Below, piece after piece: positions 19,523 through 28,330 of a DNA stretch of 64,000 bases; position 1 is the stretch's first letter, and each line of letters starts with the position of its first letter. Source of the stretch: Patescibacteria group bacterium (GTDB lineage: Bacteria > Patescibacteriota > Minisyncoccia > Phycocordibacterales > DATDWN01); contig JAZKJH010000005.1 of the NCBI GenBank assembly GCA_040384485.1, forward strand, positions 3,375 through 67,374, given 5' to 3'. The notes below the pieces were generated by a model. That model did not search any database, had not been told where the DNA came from, and was given only the letters and a program-made list of their open reading frames with translations. A program made the position numbers and the translations under genes.

Positions 19523-19954
19523 ATGAAAATATTATTTATCTGCAAAAACAACCAATTCCGTAGTCAAATGGCGGCAGCCATTTACAACAAACTCACAAAA
19601 ACTGAGGATGCTTTTTCTGTCGGCACTTATGTTGGGGTACCAGAAAACCCTGGAGGAGACCCTATAAGGAAGTTCTTCCGAACGACAGACTTATTTGAGT
19701 TAATGGAAGCTAACGATATGTATATTCGAGATGTGCAAACCCAGAAACTTTTACCAGAACATTCGGACAATGCCGATGTGGTTGTTTCAATGGCGGAGGA
19801 ACCATTTATTCCAGACTTTCTAAAAGAAAACAAACAAGTTATTTGGTGGAATGTAGATAATCCCCCCTTTGCAACAAAGGAAGTTTCTGAAGAAATATAT
19901 AAACAAATACACCAGTTAATCGAAAACTTATTGATTAGTAGTAAAAAACTTTAA
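19523..19954 (+). CDS. Low-molecular-weight protein-tyrosine-phosphatase / ArsC-like protein
   Basis: CX5R active-site motif (ICKNNQFRSQMAAA) at the N-terminus. Confidence 0.65.
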   Translation: MKILFICKNNQFRSQMAAAIYNKLTKTEDAFSVGTYVGVPENPGGDPIRKFFRTTDLFELMEANDMYIRDVQTQKLLPEHSDNADVVVSMAEEPFIPDFLKENKQVIWWNVDNPPFATKEVSEEIYKQIHQLIENLLISSKKL

Positions 19955-20486
19955 ACTTGAGCTCTGGAAGCAATATAGTCTCCAAATCGGGTCTTATTTC
20001 ATCTAGTTTATTTTTGTTCTCTTCCACATAGTGACAGATAACCTTTACTGGCAACACACCAAACCCTTCCCCTGCCCCCATTCGCAAACTATAAAAACCG
20101 GCACATAACACATTGGCTCCGGCTGAATCACCTGCTACAACTTTTCCTTTTAATAATTCTGGGAATTCCGGGAATTTCTTTAGGGTTTCCATAAGTTTTC
20201 CTGTATGTCCACCGTGAAAGTAAATAACGTCGGATTCTTGGATTTGACTTAGAAAACTCTCTTCTGTTGCCACATCAAACACCAGATTTTTACCTCCACT
20301 ATTCTTGGTAAACTGCTCAATATCTTCTTTCATATTCTTTTCTATTCTATCTGCTTCTTTAGCAAAAAGAACCAGAAGAATCTTGGTATCCTGAGGTGCT
20401 GTACTTAAAATTTCCGTAAAAAATGAATCATTTTCTTGTTTTCCGTCTTTTGGAAAACCACCCTGGAGAATAAATTTGGTTTTCAT
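19935..20486 (-). CDS. Peptidase S51 (dipeptidase E-like) / class I glutamine-amidotransferase-like protein
   Basis: VVAGDSAGANV nucleophile elbow. 183 aa. Confidence 0.6.
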   Translation of the reverse strand: MKTKFILQGGFPKDGKQENDSFFTEILSTAPQDTKILLVLFAKEADRIEKNMKEDIEQFTKNSGGKNLVFDVATEESFLSQIQESDVIYFHGGHTGKLMETLKKFPEFPELLKGKVVAGDSAGANVLCAGFYSLRMGAGEGFGVLPVKVICHYVEENKNKLDEIRPDLETILLPELKFKVFYY

Positions 20487-20496
20487 ATAAAATTAA

Positions 20497-21156
20497 TTAA
20501 CCTAAGTGATTATGATCGTTATAAATCCAGAAGCGCCATTTTGGTTCTACTTCGTCACTCCATCTAGCATATTGTAATACTGACAAACCAGTGTTCTTCA
20601 TAGACGCAACTGACTGAAAATGTTTTAGATTTTCCTCTGTCATCGAATTTCCCAGCATTACTCTTGCCATTATAACTCTAAGAAAAAATCCGTGCGTTAC
20701 AACGAGAATATTCTTGGCTTTATGGTTTTTCAAAAAGTCCAAAGCTTTATCGGCTCGTTCCACTATCTCTTCATAATTTTCTCCATCTTGCACTTTCAAA
20801 CCTTTTTGAAAAAGACTTTTCTTCCACTCTTTACCCACCTTTACCGCTTCTACATCCTCATGAGGTTTTCCGTTAATAAAACTCGGTTTTACTCGCTCTG
20901 TAAATAAGTCCGAATATTCAGGTAGTTTGTTTGTAGCTTCGGCAATAGCTTCAGCTGTTTCTTTTGCTCTAGTATACCCACTGGAAACAAGTGCTTCAAA
21001 ATCTAATTTGGTAGCTCTTTCTGCGACCTTCAGTACTTGTTCCCGACCTCGTTCACTCAATGGTGATTCTATGGACTGAAATACAGGTCTTGTGTTATCT
21101 TCACTCTCTCCATGTCGGACAAAGTAAATTGTTTTTTCTACATCTATTTTAGGCAT
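20497..21156 (-). CDS. Histidine phosphatase family protein (phosphoglycerate-mutase-like)
   Basis: RHGESEDN catalytic motif at the N-terminus. Confidence 0.75.
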   Translation of the reverse strand: MPKIDVEKTIYFVRHGESEDNTRPVFQSIESPLSERGREQVLKVAERATKLDFEALVSSGYTRAKETAEAIAEATNKLPEYSDLFTERVKPSFINGKPHEDVEAVKVGKEWKKSLFQKGLKVQDGENYEEIVERADKALDFLKNHKAKNILVVTHGFFLRVIMARVMLGNSMTEENLKHFQSVASMKNTGLSVLQYARWSDEVEPKWRFWIYNDHNHLG

Positions 21157-21191
21157 ATAATTTATTATAGCAAAATATCAGCTGCCAGAAT

Positions 21192-21330
21192 TTGGGTACT
21201 CGCTTCGCTGCGTCTTGGAAACCCACGGTTTTCCAACGCTCGCTAACGCTCACTGCCTTCCTACACGGAAAACTCCCGTTTTCCGACCCTTTCCCCAACC
21301 CAAGTCTGGCATCTGACTCGTTTTACAAAA
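21192..21330 (-). other. Degenerate tRNA-Gln-like remnant (tRNA ends retained around a 120-nt unrelated core)
   Basis: On the minus strand it starts with TGCCAGACTTGGG and ends with CCCAAATTCTGGCAGCTG. These copy the 5' and 3' ends of the adjacent tRNA-Gln. Confidence 0.3.
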
Positions 21331-21337
21331 CTCGCAG

Positions 21338-21408
21338 CTGCCAGACTTGGGATCGAACCAAGATTATCGCTTTCAGAGAGCGATGTCCTACCATTAGACG
21401 ATCTGGCA
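21338..21408 (-). tRNA. tRNA-Gln (anticodon CUG)
   Basis: Hand-folded cloverleaf: acceptor TGCCAGA/TCTGGCA with U1:A72, D-stem GTCT/GGAC, anticodon loop CTCTGAA, T-arm CTTGG-TTCGATC-CCAAG, discriminator G. Confidence 0.8.
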
Positions 21409-21485
21409 ATACTACACTAAAAAATACCTCTCCTTGTCAGACCTGCAAACACTACTCAGTAATCTGGCAATACGACTACAATACC

Positions 21486-21520
21486 TAAAAATCCCCTCTT
21501 TTACAAGACGGGGATTTTTT
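21486..21520. terminator. Rho-independent terminator (bidirectional)
   Basis: 10-bp stem aaaaatcccc ... ggggattttt. Confidence 0.6.
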
Positions 21521-21663
21521 AAAAAATTTATTTTTTAGCTTTCTTTGGTTTCTTTTTTTCTTTTTTGTGGGTTTCTCCTTTTGACATATATTTTGATAAT
21601 TAATTGATATAAGTTAATTATATAATACTTTTAATTTACTTTAAATACATTTGAACCCGAGTA

Positions 21664-22548
21664 TTACACAGTAATTATCGCCAGAGTAAGAGCGCCAAAT
21701 AAAGCCAAGAGTAGCCCTATTTTTTGATGAGTTTTTAGTTTTTCTTTGCTTACTGTAATCCCCAGGATAACAGAGATAATGATGTAGCTTTCCGAAAGTG
21801 CCACTACTATTCCTATAGGGGCCAGACTCATAGCAAAAGCAAAAGCTATCCAAGCTATATTGTCCATAACTGACATTGATAATATGAGTTTAGGATTATT
21901 TTTTATATCAATAACTGTTTTGTGTAAAAGGTTGTTGTACAGAAGATAACAAACTGAAAAAACTAGACACACCACACTTATAAAAAAGTAAATAACGACT
22001 GGGTCAGAAGCTCTAGCACCAAGCCCAACCATAAAGTTAGCGATACCCATTGCAATAGCAGCACAAAAAGCAACAAAAACACCTTTCTCTAGAAAAAGCT
22101 TTCTGATACTGAAACCTATCTTATCTTTTATCGAAACCATAATTAGTCCGACAATAAGGGTTGTAACCAGAGCTATTTGTTGCATATTTAGGCCCTCAGA
22201 AAGTATAAAATACGCAAGCAATGCAGAAACAACAATCTCGGCAGACCAGACTGACTCCACTACACTTATTTTTCCAACCTTTAAGGACTCGAAATCCAGG
22301 AGAGAGCCCAAAAGAAAAACTAGCCCGCAACCCGCTAAAATAAGCATGGTTAATATATCCTTACCAACAACGACATCCACCAAACCCTTCCACACAAAAG
22401 GTGCGAGCATAAGTGAACCCACAAAAGACACTGTAAACAATGTTTCCCAATCCCCTATTTTTCTGGAAGTTTTTTGAATTAAAAAATCACCAATACCCCA
22501 ACAAAACATCGCGACAAATGCAAAAAATATACCAGTAGTGACTGTCAT
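21664..22548 (-). CDS. EamA / DMT-family transporter
   Basis: 294 aa with 10 TM helices and duplicated EamA-type halves. Confidence 0.65.
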   Translation of the reverse strand: MTVTTGIFFAFVAMFCWGIGDFLIQKTSRKIGDWETLFTVSFVGSLMLAPFVWKGLVDVVVGKDILTMLILAGCGLVFLLGSLLDFESLKVGKISVVESVWSAEIVVSALLAYFILSEGLNMQQIALVTTLIVGLIMVSIKDKIGFSIRKLFLEKGVFVAFCAAIAMGIANFMVGLGARASDPVVIYFFISVVCLVFSVCYLLYNNLLHKTVIDIKNNPKLILSMSVMDNIAWIAFAFAMSLAPIGIVVALSESYIIISVILGITVSKEKLKTHQKIGLLLALFGALTLAIITV

Positions 22549-22549
22549 G

Positions 22550-24223
22550 TTATTTTTTATTCACTGATACTTTTTTAGTTTTCAATGGTTGCAAGCAGGC
22601 ATTTATAAAAGCAGTAAAAAGTGGGTGTGGGTGCAAGGGTCGAGCCTTTAGTTCAGGGTGAGCTTGGGTACCGGTAAAAAATGGATGAACTTTTTCTGGC
22701 AGTTCTACAAATTCCATAAGTCTACCGTCGGGAGAAGTTCCCGAGAAAACTATTCCAGCCTTCTCTATTTCCTTTATAAACTCAGGATTAACTTCGTATC
22801 GGTGTCTATGTCTCTCGTCTACCTCCAAACTGCCGTAAGCTTTTGCTACAATACTTCCTTTTTTAAGCTTGGCTGTGTACTTACCTAGGCGCATAGTTGC
22901 CCCGTATTTTCCGTCCGCTATATTTTTCTTTTGCTCAGGCATTATGTCTATTACTATATGGTCTCCCTTACTACTTATCTCTCTCGTGTGGGCATCCTTC
23001 CAGCCCAAAACGTTTCTGCAATACTCTACAACAGCAAGTTGCATACCGTAACAAAGTCCTAAGTATGGAATTTTATTTTTTCTTACGTACTCTATCGCCA
23101 TTATCACTCCCTCTATCCCACTCTCACCGAAACCACCAGGAACTATGACTCCGTCAAAATCTTTTAGCTCATTCACTTGTCTTTTTCCTGTCTCGTATTC
23201 TTTGGAATTTATCCAGGTAAGCGTTGTATCAGCGTCCTTCCAATAAGAAGAAAACTTAACAGCCTCGATAACCGAAACATATGCGTCCGAAAGTACGAAG
23301 TCCCCTGTATCAAAGTACTTACCTATTACAGCTATATTTAATTTTTTCTTTGCATTTTCTCTTTTTGATACAAATTTTTTCCATTTCTCAAGTTCGTTGC
23401 TTTGAGACTTCGGCCTCATGTGGAGAGATTTTAAAATGATGCTACTGATTTTGTCTTTTTCAAAGTTGAGTGGAACGTCGTAGATGCTTTTTATGTCTGG
23501 CGCAGAGATAACGTTTTCAGGTCTTAATGCACAAGAAAATGCTATTTTTTCTTTTCTTTTCTCATCTAGTGGATGTGTACCACGAGCAATAACCACATCA
23601 GGCTGAACGCCGTATGAGTTAAGTTGCCTAACCGCATTCTGAGTAGGTCGGGTTTTCATTTCCCCTAGTGAGCCTGGAACCGGAAGATATGAAACCATAA
23701 TAAACATAACGTCATCTGGATTTTTTATTTTCAAAGTTCTGGCCGCTTCAATAAACAAAATATTTTGGTAGTCCCCTATTGTTCCGCCTATTTCAACTAG
23801 TGATATGTCTGACTTGTGGTGTTCAGCTGACTTTTTCCATCTACGAATTATCTCTTCTGTTATGTGGGGTATTGCCTCTACACACTTACCACGGTATCCC
23901 AAGTTTCTTTCTTTTTCTATAACATACTGATACACCATACCTGAAGTCATATAGTCGTCCGGTCCCAAATCCATTTCTAGAAAGCGCTCATAGTTACCCA
24001 TATCCTGGTCAGTCTCGAGTCCAGAATCAAGCACAAAAACCTCTCCATGTTCCGTTGGGTTCATTGTGCCTGCATCTACATTGAGATATGGATCAACTTT
24101 TACTGGATTTACTTTAAAACCTTTACTCTGAAGAATCTTACCTATCGAGGAGGAAGCTATACCTTTGCCGACTCCCGACATCACACCACCGACAACAAAG
24201 ATATATTTATGATTCTTCTTCAT
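22550..24223 (-). CDS. pyrG: CTP synthase
   Basis: N-terminus KYIFVVGGVMSGVGKGIASSSIG and a C-terminal GATase domain. 557 aa. Confidence 0.9.
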   Translation of the reverse strand: MKKNHKYIFVVGGVMSGVGKGIASSSIGKILQSKGFKVNPVKVDPYLNVDAGTMNPTEHGEVFVLDSGLETDQDMGNYERFLEMDLGPDDYMTSGMVYQYVIEKERNLGYRGKCVEAIPHITEEIIRRWKKSAEHHKSDISLVEIGGTIGDYQNILFIEAARTLKIKNPDDVMFIMVSYLPVPGSLGEMKTRPTQNAVRQLNSYGVQPDVVIARGTHPLDEKRKEKIAFSCALRPENVISAPDIKSIYDVPLNFEKDKISSIILKSLHMRPKSQSNELEKWKKFVSKRENAKKKLNIAVIGKYFDTGDFVLSDAYVSVIEAVKFSSYWKDADTTLTWINSKEYETGKRQVNELKDFDGVIVPGGFGESGIEGVIMAIEYVRKNKIPYLGLCYGMQLAVVEYCRNVLGWKDAHTREISSKGDHIVIDIMPEQKKNIADGKYGATMRLGKYTAKLKKGSIVAKAYGSLEVDERHRHRYEVNPEFIKEIEKAGIVFSGTSPDGRLMEFVELPEKVHPFFTGTQAHPELKARPLHPHPLFTAFINACLQPLKTKKVSVNKK

Positions 24224-24224
24224 T

Positions 24225-25151
24225 TTATACTTTTAGATATTTTCGGACCGCGAGAAACGATGATACTGAACCAATGAATACTCCAGAACCGACTATGATC
24301 AAGAAGATCTGTCCAAAGTTGTTTGCATAATAATGGAAAATATTTAACCCTACAAAGAAGTTCTGTGTAGTCCCGCCAAGCCACATAGTAATAGGATAAA
24401 ACAAAATAAGAGTTATAACCGCAGAAATAAAACCATAAATAGCTCCGGCCACAAAGAATGGTCCTCTAATGTAGTTTGCTGACGCTCCCACAAGACGCAT
24501 AACCGATATCTCATCCCGTGACATATAAATAACAAGGCGAATCGTGTTGAAAGTAATAAGTATAGAAATACCAATAAGAAGGATTGTAAGAATTAATCCT
24601 AGTTTATTTGCAGAGTTTATAACCCGAGTTAGTCGGTCTATAACATCTTTGTTTTGGTAGTAATTAACCTTGTCTACAATAACCTCTCCGTCAGATGAAA
24701 GCGCGCTATTACTTTCCAAAAACCTAGCGATGCTTTCGTATTGAGACGGTTCCTTAGCCCGTATGTTAAGAGTCGCTCCAAAAGGATTCTCTCCAAGCTC
24801 CTCAAGTGCTTGCAGGGTTATCTCGTCATTTTCATGCTTCTTTCTAAAATCTGCTAAGGCATCTTCGCGGGAGACATATACAATAGGCGGTGCTACTTCA
24901 GGAAGATTTTCCAAACTTTCTTTCATTGCCAAAACATCTTCCTCCTCAGTAGTAGTAAGAAAATATACGTTTATATCTACTTTTTCTTTTATTTGATCCA
25001 GTGTTGAACGCAAAATAACCCCAGAGAATATTGTAGATCCAATAACAAAAAGAGTTACTACCATTACTAAAATAGAAGAAAGCGAAATAAATCCGTTTCG
25101 CCAAAAACTAAAAAATCCTGCGCGTATTACTCTTTTTATTTTAATCCACAT
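24225..25151 (-). CDS. ftsX: Cell-division permease FtsX
   Basis: 308 aa with 4 TM helices and a large periplasmic loop. It lies downstream of ftsE. Confidence 0.8.
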   Translation of the reverse strand: MWIKIKRVIRAGFFSFWRNGFISLSSILVMVVTLFVIGSTIFSGVILRSTLDQIKEKVDINVYFLTTTEEEDVLAMKESLENLPEVAPPIVYVSREDALADFRKKHENDEITLQALEELGENPFGATLNIRAKEPSQYESIARFLESNSALSSDGEVIVDKVNYYQNKDVIDRLTRVINSANKLGLILTILLIGISILITFNTIRLVIYMSRDEISVMRLVGASANYIRGPFFVAGAIYGFISAVITLILFYPITMWLGGTTQNFFVGLNIFHYYANNFGQIFLIIVGSGVFIGSVSSFLAVRKYLKV

Positions 25152-25156
25152 AATAT

Positions 25157-25837
25157 TTAAATGATATATTTACCCTCCTTGTCATCTCTAATAATTTTAC
25201 CATTTTCCATCGTTAACACCCTCTTTTTTAGGGAGTCTATAACGCCTTTGTTGTGAGTAGTCAAAATAACTGTAGTACCTAAATCGTTTATTTTCTTCAA
25301 AATCTGAACAATGTCATAGGTATTTAGCGGGTCTAGGTTCCCGGTAGGCTCGTCTGCAATAATGACATCTGGCTGGTTCACGATAGCTCGTGCGATAGAG
25401 ACTCTTTGTTTTTCACCACCAGACAGCTCGTGCGGGAAGTTCCAGATTTTCTTACTGAGATCTACAAGCTCTAGCACGTGTGGCACATCTGCTTCTATTT
25501 CCTCATCTGTTCTGCCTGCAGCCTCCATAGCAAAAGCAATATTCTCGTATACATTCTTGTTTGGAATTAGACGGAAATCCTGAAAAACCACACCTATCTT
25601 TCTACGAAACTCATTTATCTGGTTTTTAGAAAGACTATGGATATCTGTGGACTCGAAATATATTTTACCCTCCGAAGGACTTTCCTCTGCTAATAGCATT
25701 TTAAGTAAAGTTGTTTTACCTGCACCAGAGTGTCCAACAATAGACACAAACTCTTTGGGTTCAATAGAAAAAGATATGTCTTCCAGCGCAATTGACTTGT
25801 CTGTATAGACTTTTGATACTTTATCGAAATGAATCAT
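25157..25837 (-). CDS. ftsE: Cell-division ABC ATPase FtsE
   Basis: Walker A GHSGAGKTT, ABC signature LSGGEKQRVSIARA, Walker B IIADEPT. Confidence 0.85.
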   Translation of the reverse strand: MIHFDKVSKVYTDKSIALEDISFSIEPKEFVSIVGHSGAGKTTLLKMLLAEESPSEGKIYFESTDIHSLSKNQINEFRRKIGVVFQDFRLIPNKNVYENIAFAMEAAGRTDEEIEADVPHVLELVDLSKKIWNFPHELSGGEKQRVSIARAIVNQPDVIIADEPTGNLDPLNTYDIVQILKKINDLGTTVILTTHNKGVIDSLKKRVLTMENGKIIRDDKEGKYII

Positions 25838-25892
25838 ACCAACTATTATAACCTATTGAAACCAGTAGGGCAAAACAGAAAGCAGGGCTAAT

Positions 25893-26780
25893 TTATAGAC
25901 TTTTTTCAGCTTGAATAAACTCTTCTATGTCACCCGCGAGTACAGAATCCACATCACTTGTTTCTACTTCAGTACGATGATCCTTAACCATCTTGTATGG
26001 ATGAAGTACGTATGAACGAATCTGATTACCCCATGTTATTTCGGTTGTCTTAGAAATATACATACCCTTTTCTCTTGCCACCCTTTCTTCCTCAATGGCT
26101 TTGTATATTTTTCCGTAAAGTATCGACAAGGCATTATCTTTATTTTGAGCTTGGGAACGTTCGTTGTCACTTTGGGCAGATAAATTTGTGGGTATATGCA
26201 CCACCCGCACTGCAGTTTCCCTTTTGTTCACGTTCTGCCCGCCTGGACCTGAAGAACGAGATAGCTCTACTCTAATATCTGAATCCTTTATATCCAAATC
26301 CTCAGGTTTAAACTTTTGAAACTTAGGAATCACTTCCACCATTGAAAAAGAGGTATGACGAAGGGATTTTGCATTAAACGGCGAGACTCGAACCAGCCTG
26401 TGCACTCCCGACTCATTTTTTAAAGTCCTGTAAGCAAACTTTCCTTTTATATCGATAGTTACATTTCTAAAACCCCCGTGATCGTTTTTGTTTTCATGAA
26501 TTAGAGAAACTGAAAATCCATTTTTATCCAAGTATTTCAGATACATAGTCAGAAGCATTGAAGAAAAATCCTCGGCATCGTCTCCTCCAGCACCAGATAG
26601 TATTGTCATAACTGCGTCCCCGGCGTCATACTTACCCACTCCTTCTATTTCTTGTTTTAGATCTTGAATTCTTTTTATAGTTTCCTGTGCTTTGTCTTTG
26701 TTGGACCAAAAATCAGAAGCTGCCATTTCTGCCTCTAATTGCTCTAATTCCAGCTCCAGGTTTTTCTTTTTATCGTCCAT
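25893..26780 (-). CDS. prfB: Peptide chain release factor 2 (short N-terminal domain)
   Basis: SPF tripeptide (RVSPF) and GGQ motif (SGPGGQNVNK). The ORF begins at the position equivalent to the first post-frameshift residues of canonical RF2. Confidence 0.8.
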   Translation of the reverse strand: MDDKKKNLELELEQLEAEMAASDFWSNKDKAQETIKRIQDLKQEIEGVGKYDAGDAVMTILSGAGGDDAEDFSSMLLTMYLKYLDKNGFSVSLIHENKNDHGGFRNVTIDIKGKFAYRTLKNESGVHRLVRVSPFNAKSLRHTSFSMVEVIPKFQKFKPEDLDIKDSDIRVELSRSSGPGGQNVNKRETAVRVVHIPTNLSAQSDNERSQAQNKDNALSILYGKIYKAIEEERVAREKGMYISKTTEITWGNQIRSYVLHPYKMVKDHRTEVETSDVDSVLAGDIEEFIQAEKSL

Positions 26781-26782
26781 AA

Positions 26783-27085
26783 CTATAAAGATCTTATAAA
26801 GTCGGCGAGAGAGTCTTTGTCTGGAAAGTCGAATTTGGTACTTGGATTTTTTTCATCAACCGTACTACCAACCAGAACATGCCACATTCTATAATTTATG
26901 TAATCTGGATATTTATTTTTTATTTCAGTTGCTTTATCTGTAACTCTTTTATACATATCAAAAAAACCATCATTATCTTCCTCACTATACCTAGCAAAAG
27001 TTGTCTCGTGGATTTTCTCAATCTTTTGTGCCAGCTCCAACAAAATTTGATTTGGGTCTTGTTGTTCGTGTTTAAATTTTTCCAT
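26783..27085 (-). CDS. Hypothetical 100-aa protein. Its C-terminus resembles the RF2 pre-frameshift peptide.
   Basis: It ends in ...DSLADFIRSL-TAG, 2 nt before the prfB ATG. Confidence 0.35.
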   Translation of the reverse strand: MEKFKHEQQDPNQILLELAQKIEKIHETTFARYSEEDNDGFFDMYKRVTDKATEIKNKYPDYINYRMWHVLVGSTVDEKNPSTKFDFPDKDSLADFIRSL

Positions 27086-27101
27086 AAGTTTTAATAACTA
27101 G

Positions 27102-27123
27102 TGAGCCGCTGGCCAGACTTGCA
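27102..27123 (-). repeat. Direct repeat copying the 3' end (T-loop plus 3' acceptor strand) of tRNA-Thr
   Basis: gagccgctggccagacttgcac is identical to 27253..27274. Confidence 0.6.
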
Positions 27124-27253
27124 CATGCCTCCTTACAGGAGCAGTACACCTTTTTGATTTTTTATTTCATTTTATTCATAAAAAATCTAAAAAGGTCTTG
27201 CGAAGCTGTAACACAGCTTCGCAACCTCGTATTACCAATCGTTTTGTTTTGAG

Positions 27254-27327
27254 AGCCGCTGGCCAGACTTGCACTGGCGACCTCGTCATTACCAATGACG
27301 TGCTCTAACTACCCGAGCTACAACGGC
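27254..27327 (-). tRNA. tRNA-Thr (anticodon GGU)
   Basis: Cloverleaf: acceptor GCCGTTG/CAGCGGC (one G-U pair), D-arm GCTC-GGGTAGTTA-GAGC, anticodon arm CGTCA-TTGGTAA-TGACG, T-arm GCCAG-TGCAAGT-CTGGC, discriminator U. A leader and trailer (gaga/tctc) extend the acceptor stem. Confidence 0.75.
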
Positions 27328-27350
27328 TCTCAAAACAAAACTTGCTAGCT

Positions 27351-27373
27351 CCTACCCGAGCTACAACAGCATA
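27351..27373 (-). repeat. Partial copy of the tRNA-Thr 5' half (acceptor 5' strand plus D-arm), immediately upstream of the tRNA
   Basis: Minus strand GCTGTTGTAGCTCGGGTAGGAGC versus tRNA GCCGTTGTAGCTCGGGTAGTTAGAGC. Confidence 0.5.
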
Positions 27374-27395
27374 TGCCAAATACTATCACAATTTC

Positions 27396-28019
27396 TTATT
27401 TTTTAAACTCGACTATTTTACCGATTTCTATTTCTATTTTATCGGCAAGTCGGAGATTTTTTATTTGTTTCTTGGAAAGGATCGAATGATGTTTGATTGA
27501 ATCAAGTTCTCCTGGTATATCCCACAACTCTTCTTCACTCGTTCTCCATTCTATTTTATTGAATCTGTTTAGGTTTAGTGGTACCGAATACTCTCGCAAT
27601 GTTTTTTCTCCTGAGTGCAGGAAATATTCATGAAAAAAAGACATTACGAGTTCACGTATGGTTTTATACACTGGCTCTCTATACCGCAGTACTCCATGAT
27701 TAGTTTTAGAAATCGCTCCCCAATGTCCGTCTTGTTTCCAAACTGCAAGCACATGGTCATAATCAAATGGTTTTTTCACAGAACGTAAGTCGAGCACAAG
27801 CGGCTTGTAACCGTGGAACTCTAATGCTGCTGCGGCGAACATCGCTCCTTCCATACAGTGCGCTGTTCCATCCCTAACAACTCTTCTTGGTGACATAAAC
27901 GTATCGCCATTTTTCTCAAAGTTGAAAGGGATACTGTTTAGGTAGTCTTGAATTTTTGCTGGTGAGTTTAGTTTTTTTAGAAAATCTTTCTCTTCTTTCG
28001 TGTATCCGTAATCCTTCAT
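27396..28019 (-). CDS. Transglutaminase-like / papain-fold cysteine-peptidase-superfamily protein
   Basis: DGTAHCMEGAMFAAAALEFHGY (Cys region) and DHVLAVWKQDGHWGAIS (His region). 207 aa. Confidence 0.45.
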   Translation of the reverse strand: MKDYGYTKEEKDFLKKLNSPAKIQDYLNSIPFNFEKNGDTFMSPRRVVRDGTAHCMEGAMFAAAALEFHGYKPLVLDLRSVKKPFDYDHVLAVWKQDGHWGAISKTNHGVLRYREPVYKTIRELVMSFFHEYFLHSGEKTLREYSVPLNLNRFNKIEWRTSEEELWDIPGELDSIKHHSILSKKQIKNLRLADKIEIEIGKIVEFKK

Positions 28020-28085
28020 GGATACATTATATCAAAAAAGTCCCCACCGAAGTGGAGACTGTGTAGTAACCGAAATATAGATACA

Positions 28086-28235
28086 TTATTCTCCCCCTTT
28101 CTTTATCGCGAGCTTTGCCGACTGCCGATTGTAACTCACTCGACCCTTTCCAGGTCGATGGTAACCGCCTGTCTGTCGCGGAAGTGGAACACGCGGCAGA
28201 TTAAAACCATGCTTCGTTCGAGCTGACTTTCTCAT
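28086..28235 (-). CDS. Unannotated small basic protein of 49 aa
   Basis: AAGGAGG Shine-Dalgarno 6 nt upstream of the ATG. MRKSARTKHGFNLPRVPLPRQTGGYHRPGKGRVSYNRQSAKLAIKKGGE. GC-rich codons. Faint bL32/bL34-like character. Confidence 0.35.
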   Translation of the reverse strand: MRKSARTKHGFNLPRVPLPRQTGGYHRPGKGRVSYNRQSAKLAIKKGGE

Positions 28236-28300
28236 CTCAGACCTCCTTATTTACTATAGCATATTATAGTTAAAAAGTCAATATATTGTAATTTTGTTAT

Positions 28301-28330
28301 AAAAAAACGCCACCTTTTGCAAGATGGCGT
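28301..28330 (-). terminator. Terminator of the kinase gene
   Basis: Imperfect stem acgcca ... tggcgt followed by a U-run on the minus strand. Confidence 0.45.

Noticed and set aside
21192-21488. ORF 21192..21488 (+) of 98 aa.
   Set aside because: It spans tRNA-Gln and the tRNA-like remnant on the opposite strand, and it is Cys/Thr-rich with no start context.
21521-21580. A 19-codon Lys-rich mini-ORF (MSKGETHKKEKKKPKKAKK) on the minus strand.
   Set aside because: It has no SD. Its sequence is a low-complexity translation of an A-rich spacer, so it probably arises by chance.
26770-26800. A programmed +1 frameshift in prfB, in the E. coli style.
   Set aside because: The upstream ORF is in the -1 (+2) frame relative to prfB and ends in UAG. 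There is no CUU-UGA-C site or SD-like element. The third-frame alternative (...ACT TTA TAA G) has no RF2-like peptide and a non-slippery P-site codon. This is kept as a finding only because of the C-terminal resemblance.
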